Source: Terriglobia bacterium (lineage in GTDB: Bacteria; Acidobacteriota; Terriglobia; 20CM-2-55-15). From it: a stretch of DNA of 64,000 nucleotides. The notes below the pieces were generated by a model that was not told the DNA's origin, searched no databases, and saw nothing but the letters and a program-made list of their open reading frames with translations. The translations under genes were made by a program, and so were the position numbers. The stretch covers positions 1,024,001-1,088,000 of the forward strand of contig CAXWPJ010000002.1 of NCBI GenBank assembly GCA_963664115.2, in the 5' to 3' direction. Below, one piece after another: positions 39,576 through 50,517 of this stretch. How positions within the stretch are numbered: the stretch's first letter is position 1; each line of letters begins with the position of its first letter.

Positions 39576-41498
39576 CTATATGAAGTGGCCCGTTCCGCTC
39601 AGAATTTCTTCCACAAGAGCTTCGTCGATCTCGATGTCACCGTCCGCTTCCATGCGGACACGGACATCCTGTCCGTAGGAATCGAAGAGTTGGTTCCGTT
39701 TTGCTACCAGAAGTTCTTCTCTGAGATCTTCAAAGGCGAGCTGCATCGCTTCGAGGATGATGTCTTCCCGTTGGGTTACGGAAAAAACGATTGTCTTTCC
39801 GGCAATGGTGACCGGCGTGCCCAGTATGTCGGGTTCCAGGTTAAAAATTTGATCATCCAGTTCTGATGTCGATCCGAACGCGTCGATGGTTCCGTCCCGC
39901 GTAATCAAGTCACTGGTTTGTACTTCCAGTCCGAGTGCCGCCCCGAGCTGCACCAGCGACTGGCCGTCATCCACCAACTCGCGGACTTCGATTGCTCTTT
40001 CCGTTGCCAGTTCGTTCGCTCTCTCGCTCGTCAATTCACTACGCGCCTGATCGATAGCTTCTTCGAAGGTCGCAATACGCTCCGGTTCGATCTCGACGAC
40101 CGTCGGCACGACATACCCATTACTGACCGGTATCGCTGTACCGATCTCGTCTAGTGCCATGGTAAAAATTCGGCTCTCCAATTCAACCGCATCCAGCAAA
40201 CCGCCTATGCCCTCACCTTGAGCCACCAGACCGGTTTCCCGGACCTCGGCACCATGGGCCTCGGCAACCGCTTCGAGATCGCTATTTGTCGCCAGGGCGA
40301 CGGCAACCCGCTGACTCACCGCGGCTGCCTGGGTGGCCGCCTCTTCGGATTTCAGGGCTGTTTCGATTGTGGCGCGCACATCTTCCAGAGGTCGCGCCCG
40401 ACCCTCTTGCTTCTCGTTGACGCGTATGATGTGAATTCCAAACTGAGTTTCGACGAGGTCGCTAGTCGCGCCTTCACCCAGAGCGAATGCCGCGATCTCG
40501 AATTCAGGGACCATCTGCCCGGGGCCGAAGGTGCCCAGGTCTCCGCCGGCCGATGCCGAGGTGTCTTCTGAAAATTCCCTGGCCAGATCTCCGAAATCCT
40601 CGCCGGAGTTGGCGCGATCAAGTACTTCCAGGGCTCTTTCCCGGATGGCTTCGATCTCATCCTCGGTCGCGTCCTGGGTTCGGAACAGGATGTGCTGGGC
40701 TCCGACACTGGGGGGTATCAGATATTCCTGCTCGCGCTCTTCGTAGTACGCCAGTACCTCGTCTTCGGCGACTTCGACTTCGCTCTGAATCTGGAGGGTA
40801 TCAATGTACACGTAGCGGCTGTTGCGCTTCTCGGGTATGGAGTAACGGGCGACGTTCGTTTGATAGAACTGCTCAAGTTCCTCGTCGGTCACAACCACCT
40901 GGCTTTCGAGTGAAGGGCCATCCAATACGAGGAAATCGAGTTGCACCCGTTCGTTCTGATAACGGTACTCGGTTTCGACGTCTTCATCCGACACCGCGGC
41001 TGCGGCGGTGAGATAGTTGTACAGCTTGGCCATCAGAATTTCGTTCCGGATCTGGTTTTCAAAATCCACAACGGTGTAGCCGTTCTGGATGAGAAGGTCC
41101 TGATATCGGGACAGACCTATGAACGCACCATTTTCCTGAAAAGAGGGATTTTCCAGGATAGCTCGCTCAATCTCAGGACCGGACACGTTGAGTCCCAGTC
41201 GCTTGGCCTCGGCAATCATGCTGTGCTGGTTGACCAATTGGTCGATGACCTGCGTCTCGAAGCCGATCGCTGCCAATATCTCTGGCGTCACGCCGGCTCC
41301 CATCTGGTTTACTGCGTCGTAATAGGAGGTCTGGAATTCACTTGCGGAGACGGCTTCAGTGCCGACGCGGGCGATATCCGTCGTGAAGTGGACATGGCCC
41401 AGCTGCCCCATCGGGACGAGTCCCACGACGAGCGCGAAGCTAAACACGGCGATCAAGACAACCCACAACCATTTCTGACGTCGAAAGAAAGCGAGCAT
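39576..41498 (-). CDS. ppiD: PpiD-like SurA-N/parvulin peptidyl-prolyl isomerase
   Basis: N-terminal [37 protein letters not shown]. Confidence 0.9.
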   Translation of the reverse strand: MLAFFRRQKWLWVVLIAVFSFALVVGLVPMGQLGHVHFTTDIARVGTEAVSASEFQTSYYDAVNQMGAGVTPEILAAIGFETQVIDQLVNQHSMIAEAKRLGLNVSGPEIERAILENPSFQENGAFIGLSRYQDLLIQNGYTVVDFENQIRNEILMAKLYNYLTAAAAVSDEDVETEYRYQNERVQLDFLVLDGPSLESQVVVTDEELEQFYQTNVARYSIPEKRNSRYVYIDTLQIQSEVEVAEDEVLAYYEEREQEYLIPPSVGAQHILFRTQDATEDEIEAIRERALEVLDRANSGEDFGDLAREFSEDTSASAGGDLGTFGPGQMVPEFEIAAFALGEGATSDLVETQFGIHIIRVNEKQEGRARPLEDVRATIETALKSEEAATQAAAVSQRVAVALATNSDLEAVAEAHGAEVRETGLVAQGEGIGGLLDAVELESRIFTMALDEIGTAIPVSNGYVVPTVVEIEPERIATFEEAIDQARSELTSERANELATERAIEVRELVDDGQSLVQLGAALGLEVQTSDLITRDGTIDAFGSTSELDDQIFNLEPDILGTPVTIAGKTIVFSVTQREDIILEAMQLAFEDLREELLVAKRNQLFDSYGQDVRVRMEADGDIEIDEALVEEILSGTGHFI

Positions 41499-41585
41499 CG
41501 AACTCCTCCAAATTAATAAGATCCGACCCGTTATGCTATCAAAACAGCCCCGATGGCTTCCACCTTAAGGAACATTATGCGGAAG

Positions 41586-41648
41586 GGGACGGACACTTCA
41601 GACGAAATTCATTCGTCAGGCCAAAACTTTCCGTGAAGTGTCCGTCCC
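41586..41648. repeat. REP-like inverted repeat
   Basis: Perfect 15-bp arms GGGACGGACACTTCA (41586-41600) / TGAAGTGTCCGTCCC (41634-41648) with inner hairpin GACGAA/TTCGTC. Confidence 0.75.
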
Positions 41649-41874
41649 ATTGCCAGTGCGGATGGACGGCATTCAGCACAAAGAGGCGAAATCTCGGCGT
41701 CAGTGTAAGCACGTGTTCCCCGCATTCGTTCCGAATGCATCGGGAATAGATTCCGATTCTCGTAGCCGGTGGGTGGAATGAGTCTGGCAATTAGCGTTTC
41801 ATTTTCAGTATGATAGGACGGCTTCTGAACTCTTGCCGCAAAAAATGCGTGATTGAGTTGCCGAAAGGGAATCC

Positions 41875-42900
41875 ATGAATTTTCGCTCCGTATTCAGCCT
41901 GTTTTCCAGCGATCTGGCAATCGACCTGGGAACTGCCAACACACTTGTCTTTGCCAAAGGCCGCGGCATCGTCGTGAACGAACCCTCAATCGTGGCCATC
42001 AACAAGATAACGAATCAGGTCGAAGCGGTCGGCAAAGAGGCCAAGGACATGCTGGGTCGCACGCCTGGCAACATTGTTGCCATTCGCCCGATGAAAGACG
42101 GTGTCATTGCGGATTTTACGGTGACCGAGAAGATGCTCACCTACTTCATCCAGAAAGCTCACGGAAGAAAGGTGCTCGTACATCCGCGTATCGTCATCGG
42201 TGTGCCGGCTGGGATCACGCAAGTTGAAAAACGCGCCGTGCAGGATTCGGCATACCGGGCCAAGGCGAGCGAGGTTCACCTCGTCGAACAGGCCATGGCC
42301 GCAGCGATCGGTGCAGGTCTACCCGTTACCGAACCCTCGGGGAACATGATCGTCGACATTGGAGGAGGCACGACTGAAATCGCGGTGATATCCCTCTCCG
42401 GTATCGTGCACAGCCGGTCCGACAAGATCGCCGGAAATGAAATGGACGAAGCGATCATTCAGTTCATCAAGCGGAAGTACAACCTGTTGATTGGTGAGCG
42501 CACGGCGGAACGGGTGAAGATTGAAATCGGGTCGGCCTATCCTCTCGAAGAACCACGAAGCATGGAAATCAAGGGCCGGGATCTGATGGCCGGTGTCCCT
42601 AAGAGCATCACCATCTCCGACGAGGAAATTCGGGAAGCGCTCGATGAATGTATCAAGGTCCTCGTCAATTCCATTCGCATCGTCCTGGAACGGACGCCTC
42701 CCGAGTTGTCTTCCGACATTGCGGACCGGGGAATCGTTCTCGCTGGAGGCGGTGGTTTGATCCGCAATTTGGACGAGCGCATTGGACAGGAAACGGGGCT
42801 TCCTGTAACTTTAGCTGAGAACCCTCTCGACAGCGTCGTCATGGGTACTTCGAAAATGCTGAGCGATTTCGTGCTCTTGCGTAAGATTGCTTTGAGTTGA
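41875..42900 (+). CDS. mreB: Rod shape-determining protein MreB
   Basis: IDLGTANT, RPMKDGVIADF, DIGGGTT, ERTPPEL. Confidence 0.97.
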   Translation: MNFRSVFSLFSSDLAIDLGTANTLVFAKGRGIVVNEPSIVAINKITNQVEAVGKEAKDMLGRTPGNIVAIRPMKDGVIADFTVTEKMLTYFIQKAHGRKVLVHPRIVIGVPAGITQVEKRAVQDSAYRAKASEVHLVEQAMAAAIGAGLPVTEPSGNMIVDIGGGTTEIAVISLSGIVHSRSDKIAGNEMDEAIIQFIKRKYNLLIGERTAERVKIEIGSAYPLEEPRSMEIKGRDLMAGVPKSITISDEEIREALDECIKVLVNSIRIVLERTPPELSSDIADRGIVLAGGGGLIRNLDERIGQETGLPVTLAENPLDSVVMGTSKMLSDFVLLRKIALS

Positions 42901-43772
42901 TGACATCCGGATCCAACAGAACCGTTTGGCTGGTGCTCTGTGCCGTGCTATTCGGGCACACCCTGATGGTCACTCTACCGGCTGGCGGTGGAAGTGAGAC
43001 CGGCATCGTGCGCACGGTGATTCTGGCGGGCCTGACTCCGATCGAAAAATTGTTCGACGTGACTTTTTATGGGGTCGGCTCGATCTGGAATAACTATTTT
43101 GCCCTTCTGGACACGCGACGCGAGAACGAACGCCTGAAGGCTGAGCTTTCTCAGTTGGGAATGGAGATGGAACAAAATCGCGAGGCAGTCGGCGAGGCCG
43201 ACCGTCTCCGGCGCTTGCTGGATCTGGATCCCCTCGTCGGTGCAGAGCGTGTCGCTGCACGTGTGATCGGACGGGATACGACGACTTCCCGACAAACGGT
43301 CACGATCGATAAAGGCAGGAGGCACGGCCTGCACAACAACTCCCCGGTGATAACGCCGGATGGCATCGTGGGGCGGATCATTCACGCTGGACTTTTCGCA
43401 TCGATCGTTCAAGTCGTGTCCGATCCGGAGAGCGCCGTGGGCGTTATCGCTCAATCGAGTCGGCTTCAAGGCATTGTCCGCGGAGACGGTACGCGCTACC
43501 TGGAGTTGGAACATATCGACGACCACATCGAACTTTTGCCCGGCGAGCGGGTCATTACCTCGGGAACCGATCAGATTTACCCGAAAGGCCTCCTGGTCGG
43601 AATTGTTGCGGCCAACGGGCCGGACCGGGACCTGATGAAAACAGCCCGCGTGGATCCCGCTGCGGATATTAGCCGGCTCGAAGAGGTCTTGTGCCTGATT
43701 TTCGCTCCTGGAACGACCCAGCTGTTTGAAGAACTTGAAGAGGACGTGCGGACCGGTTCTCGAATTCCCTGA
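42897..43772 (+). CDS. mreC: Rod shape-determining protein MreC
   Basis: TM plus coiled coil, ARVIGRD, TIDKG, TSG..IYPKG; operon position. Confidence 0.92.
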   Translation: MMTSGSNRTVWLVLCAVLFGHTLMVTLPAGGGSETGIVRTVILAGLTPIEKLFDVTFYGVGSIWNNYFALLDTRRENERLKAELSQLGMEMEQNREAVGEADRLRRLLDLDPLVGAERVAARVIGRDTTTSRQTVTIDKGRRHGLHNNSPVITPDGIVGRIIHAGLFASIVQVVSDPESAVGVIAQSSRLQGIVRGDGTRYLELEHIDDHIELLPGERVITSGTDQIYPKGLLVGIVAANGPDRDLMKTARVDPAADISRLEEVLCLIFAPGTTQLFEELEEDVRTGSRIP

Positions 43773-43784
43773 CGGGTTCCATCA

Positions 43785-44303
43785 ATGGATCACGCCATCA
43801 ACCGCTACGGGACTTTTCGAACCCTCGCAAAATTTGCGCTTATCCTTGTTTCGATCGTGGTCGCTCAAGGTATACTGTCGCTGAAATTCCGGGTATTCAG
43901 CTATTTCGATTTGCCCCTAATCTACTCTGTCTATTATGGTTTCACCATGGCGCGGCCATCTGGATCCATTGCTATAGGCAGTGTGCTGGGTCTGATGCAG
44001 GACTCGTTGTCCGGCGCGGCCGTGGGGATGAACGGATTCACCAAGACCCTGATCGGCTTTCTGGCTGCTTCAGCAAGTTCGAAATTCGATGTAGATCAAC
44101 CGATCATACGTGTTCTGGCCCTGATTTTGTTCACGTTTCTCGACTTGGCGTTAAAGGGCATGCTGAGTTTTCTAGTGTCTCCAGGTGCGACGGTGGTCGC
44201 GGGGCCTGCGCTGGGGTTTTGGGTCCTCTCCGCCGTATTTAACGCTTTGTTCGGTTTGATACTTTTTGGCTATCGGAGCCGATTCGTCAATGTTGCAGCG
44301 TAA
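43785..44303 (+). CDS. mreD: Rod shape-determining protein MreD
   Basis: Hydrophobic, FDLPLI and GLMQDSLS motifs; operon position. Confidence 0.88.
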   Translation: MDHAINRYGTFRTLAKFALILVSIVVAQGILSLKFRVFSYFDLPLIYSVYYGFTMARPSGSIAIGSVLGLMQDSLSGAAVGMNGFTKTLIGFLAASASSKFDVDQPIIRVLALILFTFLDLALKGMLSFLVSPGATVVAGPALGFWVLSAVFNALFGLILFGYRSRFVNVAA

Positions 44304-46146
44304 CGAACTTGAACTCCTGAACTCGAGAGTCACCATTATCCTTGGCTTGGTCTTGCTCGCCTTTGGCGTCCTGACGTTCGGCTTTTGGAATCATCAGATC
44401 GCACGATCCCCATATTATCAACAACTGGCGGAGCGGAATCGCATCCGCGACATACCGCTCGCGGCGCCACGTGGTCGGATCTATGATCGAGAATACCGAA
44501 TCATTGCCGACAGCCGTCCCTCCTTCAACCTGATTCTGACACGAGAGAACAGTGCGCGCAGCGTCGAAGAAACCATAGACTTGCTGGCGCCGGGAATTGA
44601 ACTCAGCGCGGCAGAATTATTGAGCCGGATCGAGCCTTATCTGGACGAACCGGAATATGAACCGATACTGCTGGCCGAAGATCTGTCCGTGGATGAAACG
44701 GCCTTTGTCGAAGCGCGGAAGTACGAACTCTCGGAGATCAGTTTGGAGTTGAGCCCACGACGCAGGTACGAGCGGGGGGAAGTGGCGGCTCACTTGATCG
44801 GATATGTGGGAGAGATCACCCGGAGTCAGCTGGAGAGCGGAGAATTTGTCGAGATCGAATCCGGAGATGTAGTGGGTCAGTCCGGCCTGGAGCGGCAATA
44901 CGATAGCTTGCTCCAGGGAGAGGATGGAATTCGCCGGGTGATCGTCAACACTTTCGGTCGCGAAATGGGGCTTCTAGGCGAAGTGCAGCCGATTCCGGGC
45001 AAGGATCTGGTAACGACATTAGACCTTGATTTGCAGCTTGCCGCTGAAGAGGCGCTGGGAGATCGAACGGGCGTTGCCGTTGCTATCATTCCAAAGACGG
45101 GGGAAGTTCTTGCTTTGGTCAGTCGACCTGCGTTCGATCCCTCGCTGTTCGCTCAAGGGATTCGCCAGCACGAGTGGGACATGCTTCTGTCAGATCCCCG
45201 AAAGCCTCTTCAGAACAGGGCTATCCAGAACAGGTACTCACCAGGTTCGGTCTTCAAGATCTTCATGGCGGCAGCGGGGCTGGAGGAAGAGGAAATTGGT
45301 TTTGAGGAAACATTGTTTTGCCCCGGCCATGCTGTCTTCTACGGTAATCGATTCGACTGCTGGCGTGGAGGCGGTCATGGAGCCATGGATGTGCGCCACG
45401 CCCTCGTCGAATCCTGCAACGTCTTTTTCTACAACGTGGGTGATCGCTTGGGGATCGAGCGTATTTCGCGATACGCCGTGATGATGGGCCTGGGCCGCAA
45501 GACCGGAATCGATTTGCCCGGAGAAGACGCAGGTTTAATTCCTTCGGAGAAATGGAAACAAAGCACTTCCAATACCCGCTGGTTTCCGGGCGAAACGATA
45601 TCGGTCAGTATCGGCCAGGGCCCTGTGAGCGTGACACCGCTGCAGCTGACGTGGGCGATCGGTGGTCTGGTCGTGGGCGGAAAACTGGTCCAGCCACACC
45701 TGGCGGATCCGGAATTTGTGGCTCCGCTCGGCATTGAGACGTCGGGTCTCCGGACAGAAGAATACGCAATCGGTGAGGGGACCGTGGACACTATAAGAGA
45801 AGCTCTTTGGGGCGCCGTCAACGACCGCGGCACCGGAACCAGAGCCCGGGTCAGAGGCTTCGAGGTTGGCGGGAAGACAGGCACAGCACAGGTGGTGGCC
45901 AAGGATGTGGATCCAAGTCGGCCGGATCTGCAAGATCACGCTTGGTTCGTCGGGTTTGCCCCTTACGACGATCCGGAGATTGTGGTGGGTGTATTCGTCG
46001 AGAACGGTGGAGGCGGTGGGGCAGCCGCGGCGCCGGTCTCGCAGGCCGTCATGCAGGTCTATTTCGATAAGAAAGGTGGGCTCTTTACTCAAGGCGACGT
46101 CAACGACATAGCCGGGCTTAATACTGAAACCTCGATTGCTCGATGA
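44290..46146 (+). CDS. mrdA: Penicillin-binding protein 2
   Basis: APRGRIYDR, SxxK (SVFK), SxN (SCN), KTG; start at ATG 44290. Confidence 0.95.
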   Translation: MLQRNELELLNSRVTIILGLVLLAFGVLTFGFWNHQIARSPYYQQLAERNRIRDIPLAAPRGRIYDREYRIIADSRPSFNLILTRENSARSVEETIDLLAPGIELSAAELLSRIEPYLDEPEYEPILLAEDLSVDETAFVEARKYELSEISLELSPRRRYERGEVAAHLIGYVGEITRSQLESGEFVEIESGDVVGQSGLERQYDSLLQGEDGIRRVIVNTFGREMGLLGEVQPIPGKDLVTTLDLDLQLAAEEALGDRTGVAVAIIPKTGEVLALVSRPAFDPSLFAQGIRQHEWDMLLSDPRKPLQNRAIQNRYSPGSVFKIFMAAAGLEEEEIGFEETLFCPGHAVFYGNRFDCWRGGGHGAMDVRHALVESCNVFFYNVGDRLGIERISRYAVMMGLGRKTGIDLPGEDAGLIPSEKWKQSTSNTRWFPGETISVSIGQGPVSVTPLQLTWAIGGLVVGGKLVQPHLADPEFVAPLGIETSGLRTEEYAIGEGTVDTIREALWGAVNDRGTGTRARVRGFEVGGKTGTAQVVAKDVDPSRPDLQDHAWFVGFAPYDDPEIVVGVFVENGGGGGAAAAPVSQAVMQVYFDKKGGLFTQGDVNDIAGLNTETSIAR

Positions 46147-47243
46147 TAGATGCCCTCACAAGCAGGCGGTTCTGGCAGGATTTTGACTGGTTCTTACTGT
46201 CGGTGGCCATTGCGCTGGGGACGATCGGTCTGATCGAGATATACAGTTCCACTCTGAATATGGATTCTGCGAGTTTCTTCCTGCGCCAACTGGTCTGGTT
46301 GGTCGCCGGCGTAGGAGTTTGCTTTGTTGTGGCCTCCGTCGACTACCACATTCTTGCCGAGCACATAGTCTTGATTTACGTGGGTGCCATGTGCCTGCTG
46401 GTTGGTGTTCTCTTGTTTGGAAGCACGGTCGCGGGATCGCGAAGTTGGTTCGGTATCGGATCGTTCGGCTTGCAACCTTCAGAATTGGCGAAGTTGGTGG
46501 TTATCGTTGCGCTGGCGCGATTTCTTTCGGAAATCCAAAAAAGGTACTTAACGCTGCCCCAGATTCTTGGCGCCTGCGCGATTTGCGGTGCCCCTGTGCT
46601 GCTGGTGGTTGCCCAGCCCGATCTGGGAACGGCTTTAACGTTCGTGCCGATTCTGGCCTTCGGCCTTTTCGTGCGTGGCGTGCGTCCCGCCGCCTTGATC
46701 TCCGGTGTCCTGATAGTAATTTTTCTTCTACCCGTGACCTGGGCAGCTCTGGAGGACTACCAGAAAGATAGGATTCTTACTTTTGTGCAACCTGAAAGCG
46801 ATCCCCTGGGAAGCGGATATCAGGTAATTCAGTCAAAGATCGCCATTGGTGCGGGTGGTCTCTGGGGGACCGGACTTTTCCAGGGCAGCCAGAACCAGTT
46901 GGGGTTTCTGCCGACGCGGCACACTGATTTCATTTTCTCTGTCGTAGCCGAGGAAATGGGATTCGTAGGCGTGTGCGTCACGCTTGCGCTCCTGTTGGCT
47001 TTGGTGTTTAGAACGCTTTCGTTGACGCTTTTGCCTGGAGATACCCTGGGCTTGTTTATCGTCCTGGGTGTCGGGGGTATGTTCGTATTTCACATCTTGG
47101 TGAACGTTGGCATGGTGATCGGATTCATGCCCATCACCGGCATTCCGTTGCCGTTTTTGAGCTATGGAGGTTCGTCTGTTCTGACGGCCTTCATCGGACT
47201 CGGACTGATCGTTAGCGTGCGGCGCTGCCGTTACGTTAATTAA
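46143..47243 (+). CDS. rodA: SEDS peptidoglycan glycosyltransferase RodA
   Basis: QPSELAK, QPDLGTA, HTDFIF, GIPLPFLSYGGSS. Confidence 0.96.
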   Translation: MIDALTSRRFWQDFDWFLLSVAIALGTIGLIEIYSSTLNMDSASFFLRQLVWLVAGVGVCFVVASVDYHILAEHIVLIYVGAMCLLVGVLLFGSTVAGSRSWFGIGSFGLQPSELAKLVVIVALARFLSEIQKRYLTLPQILGACAICGAPVLLVVAQPDLGTALTFVPILAFGLFVRGVRPAALISGVLIVIFLLPVTWAALEDYQKDRILTFVQPESDPLGSGYQVIQSKIAIGAGGLWGTGLFQGSQNQLGFLPTRHTDFIFSVVAEEMGFVGVCVTLALLLALVFRTLSLTLLPGDTLGLFIVLGVGGMFVFHILVNVGMVIGFMPITGIPLPFLSYGGSSVLTAFIGLGLIVSVRRCRYVN

Positions 47244-48010
47244 ATGCTGGATCGTGCTATAGTCTCGCTGGGAAAGAGGGTCGGTCTGATCGGGTGCCGT
47301 CTGACTCCAACTGCTTGTTTAATAAATGTTTAGCGAGCGGCATCGGTCAAAGCCCTTCGAATATATTAGTGACCGGTGTTCGGGAGATCTGATAACTTCC
47401 TAAAGAACTAAATAAGACGTTAAGTAGACCGGAGTCTGAATCTCCGGAGTAGACAAACGTGGATTCGGTGCCAGCTTTCTCCGAAGTGGAGATGTTTCGG
47501 AGGGGCGTTCGATACCACAGCCGAAAAAATGTTTGATGTTGTGGGCGTGTCCTTTTGAAAGACACGCTTCCCGGTCGAGGTGATCCTGAGGTCTTGGATA
47601 GATCTTTCGTCATCCGGCCTAAGTTATATACAAAAGTTTTTGCCCGTGACGTTACGGCGTATGAGTTGAGCTGTGACTCGCGTTGTTTGATCGGTGATGT
47701 TTCGAACAGAGAGAGCCTCCGACAGCGTGCCCCGCACGCGGCGGACGTTTGTGAGACGCAATTGTTTCGCGACTGGCTGAAGGGTTGGCAACGGGGTTGA
47801 CCCCTGCGCTTTGCGAAAATCGGCAGCGTTGCTTCCGAATGCTTTGAAATCTCTTCTGGCCTCTCTGACTGAATCGACATTTTGTGGATCTGAATGACCG
47901 GGTTAGCTCCTCCGGGCCAGGAGTTTCCATGACACTTTCAACGTGCGCGCTCGCGCATCCGCGTCGAGGAATACCCCTGTGTGCCGATAACGATGGGCGT
48001 AGGAGTATTG

Positions 48011-50257
48011 ATGCGGAAAGAACTGATCATTTCCACAATTCCACAAGAAACGAGAGTCGCAGTTCTTGAAGATGACGAAGTTGTCGAATTCCTGATCGAG
48101 CGCCATCGGGCGCAGGGTATCGCGGGAAATATATATAAAGGGCGTGTTACGAAGGTCCTTCCCGGGATGCAGTCGGCTTTTGTCGACATCGGCCTCGAAC
48201 GCGACGCCTTCCTCTACGTTTCGGACTTTCTCGAAGACATGGACGAGTACGACCGGATCGTCTCGACCGCCGAAGATGAGGCGTTTAAAGCGGGCGACTC
48301 ATCCCGTCGGGCGAGTTCGAGCCGGACGAGCCGGGCGGGCCGCGCGGCCAAGACCGAAAAGCCGAAAGAGCGACCCAAAGAAAGACCCGGTAAGGCAGAC
48401 CCCGGTGCAGAGGTTTCTCCAGGCAATGAGGCCAGAGACAGGGCGTCTTCCAGTGTCGAGTCCCCGGCGAAAGAAGCGGGGGACGGAATTTCTGAGACGA
48501 TAGGTCCTGAGGCGAAAAAAACTGAGGCTGAAAATTCTGAGACGAAAAGACCTGAGCCCCGCAGATCTGAAACAAGAAGCTCTGATCGAGGGAGTTCGAG
48601 AAGGCGTCCTGAGAGGCGCGACCGGAAGCCGCGCATGCCGTCGTACGAATCCAGATCCGATGAAAGTGGTCCCGGGACCTTGAGTCTTTTGCCCGGCGAA
48701 TCGCTGGCCAAGTACAAGGGGAAGTCTGTCCCCTCAAAGGCTGAGGACAGCGAAGCGATCGAGTCCGATGTACCCGAGTCCACACCGCAATCCAACGACG
48801 CTGCTGTTCCCAATGGCAATCAAGGGGTGAGGGAAGCCGGTTTGGAGCAGAGCCCCGGGGACGAATCCACCGTGGACGCAGATGCCCCGGACGGAAATAT
48901 ACAGAGTGAAGACACAGAGCAGGGAGAGAAGCGGCAGGCCCGAATATCCGACCGCCCTAAGAAGGGACAGTTTTCCAGGAAGCCGCCGGTCCGACGACCG
49001 AGAAGGCGCACTCCGGAAAAGTCGGAAAGCGGCCGTACGGATTCTTCATCAAAGTTGCCTACTATTTCCGATTTGTTGAAAGAGGGACAGGAGATCCTGG
49101 TCCAGGTTTCAAAGGAGCCACTTGGGAAGAAAGGGGCTAGGATCACCTCGCATGTTGCCTTGCCAGGCCGCTATGTCGTCTATATGCCGACGGTAGATCA
49201 CATCGGGGTTTCCAGAAAGATATCTTCCGAGGACGAGCGCTCGCGTTTGAGAAAGCTTATCGCCGAGAATCGAAACGGACTGCCGGGTGGCTTTATAGTT
49301 CGCACGGCAGCCGAGGGGCGGGACGAGAAGGAATTCGTTCAGGATTTGCGCTTTCTGGCAAATTTATGGAGTGAGATTCGCGAGAAGAGTGACTCTTCCA
49401 GTGCCCCCGCTCTGATCCATAGCGATTTGAACCTTGTTCATCGTGTCCTGAGGGATCAGCTTTCCGACGAATTCAAAGCCATCCGTTTGGATACCGAGGC
49501 AGAGTACACGAAAGTACTGGAATTCGTGAGCCGCTTCCAGCCGTCGCTTGTGACTCGAGTGCGCTTGCACCTGAAGGACAACGCAATCTTCGAAGAGTAT
49601 GGCGTACAGCAGGAAGTCGATAAAGCGATGCGAGCGAAAGTTTGGCTTAAATCGGGTGGCTACATCGTGGTCAACCAGACGGAGGCCTTGGTTGCGATCG
49701 ACGTTAATACCGGGAAGTTCGTCGGGAAGTCCAACCGCCTCGAGGACACCATCGTCCGTACCAACATGGATGCTGTACATGAGATTGTGCGACAGGTGCG
49801 TTTACGGAATCTGGGAGGAATCATTGTTGTCGATTTCATCGACATGGAAGAGCGAAAGAGCCGTCAGCGGGTGATGCAAGCCCTCGAAGAAGAATTGCAA
49901 AAGGATAGATCTCCGTCGAAGATTCTTCAGTTTAATGATTTCGGATTGGTTGCCATCACCAGAAAGAGAACTCAACCGTCACTGGAAAGGATCATGGGAA
50001 CTTCTTGCCCGCGCTGTTCCGGTGCAGGCTTTGTCAAAGGCGTCGAAACCGTGTGTTACGAAATTCAGCAAGAAGTGAGGAAGATGCTCGGTCAGGCCGA
50101 GGGCGACGAATTGACGGTTCGCGTGAGCCCGGACATCGCGAAAGCTCTGAAGAGCGGAGAATTTGTGGATTTCACAGAGCTGGAAGAAGAGAGCAAGAAG
50201 GACATTCGAATCCAGGGAGATCCGACCCTTGTTTCGGAGCGTTTTGATATCTACTGA
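48011..50257 (+). CDS. Rne/Rng family ribonuclease with large disordered S1 insertion
   Basis: GNIYKGRV...PGMQSAFVDIG, KEPLGKKGAR, IDVNTG, DFIDM, CPRC; AGGAG RBS at 48001. Confidence 0.93.
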   Translation: MRKELIISTIPQETRVAVLEDDEVVEFLIERHRAQGIAGNIYKGRVTKVLPGMQSAFVDIGLERDAFLYVSDFLEDMDEYDRIVSTAEDEAFKAGDSSRRASSSRTSRAGRAAKTEKPKERPKERPGKADPGAEVSPGNEARDRASSSVESPAKEAGDGISETIGPEAKKTEAENSETKRPEPRRSETRSSDRGSSRRRPERRDRKPRMPSYESRSDESGPGTLSLLPGESLAKYKGKSVPSKAEDSEAIESDVPESTPQSNDAAVPNGNQGVREAGLEQSPGDESTVDADAPDGNIQSEDTEQGEKRQARISDRPKKGQFSRKPPVRRPRRRTPEKSESGRTDSSSKLPTISDLLKEGQEILVQVSKEPLGKKGARITSHVALPGRYVVYMPTVDHIGVSRKISSEDERSRLRKLIAENRNGLPGGFIVRTAAEGRDEKEFVQDLRFLANLWSEIREKSDSSSAPALIHSDLNLVHRVLRDQLSDEFKAIRLDTEAEYTKVLEFVSRFQPSLVTRVRLHLKDNAIFEEYGVQQEVDKAMRAKVWLKSGGYIVVNQTEALVAIDVNTGKFVGKSNRLEDTIVRTNMDAVHEIVRQVRLRNLGGIIVVDFIDMEERKSRQRVMQALEEELQKDRSPSKILQFNDFGLVAITRKRTQPSLERIMGTSCPRCSGAGFVKGVETVCYEIQQEVRKMLGQAEGDELTVRVSPDIAKALKSGEFVDFTELEEESKKDIRIQGDPTLVSERFDIY

Positions 50258-50358
50258 TGGTAATAGCTGCACTTGCCCGGGAGAGTGCGTGACTCTTTAA
50301 GGAAAGAAATTCTTAGATCTCACACTGCGGCAGGGAGGGATGCAGGCTGGTGCCCACC

Positions 50359-50517
50359 CTAACGGTAGTAGCGGTTAAATACCTTCAGAAGTTCTTCAAC
50401 GTCCTGCTCCCCTCGCATGGCGGGGTTTGAGGCTGCATCTTTAAGCCGTTTCTGAACGTGATCGGTGACCATCACGTCGGCCACCTTCTTCCAGGAACGT
50501 ACGTTACAGTCAGTCAC
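50359..50517 (-). pseudogene. Remnant resembling the C-terminal half of a CsoR/RcnR-family metal-sensing repressor
   Basis: Hand translation VTDCNVRSWKKVADVMVTDHVQKRLKDAASNPAMRGEQDVEELLKVFNRYYR*; in-frame stop just upstream; not in the ORF track. Confidence 0.45.

Noticed and set aside
47347-47880. 177-aa minus-strand ORF upstream of rne
   Set aside because: No recognisable motifs or RBS and atypical composition; treated as non-coding.
50320-50500. Possible 6S RNA between rne and lipA
   Set aside because: No long rod with a central bubble could be built; a minus-strand protein remnant explains it better.
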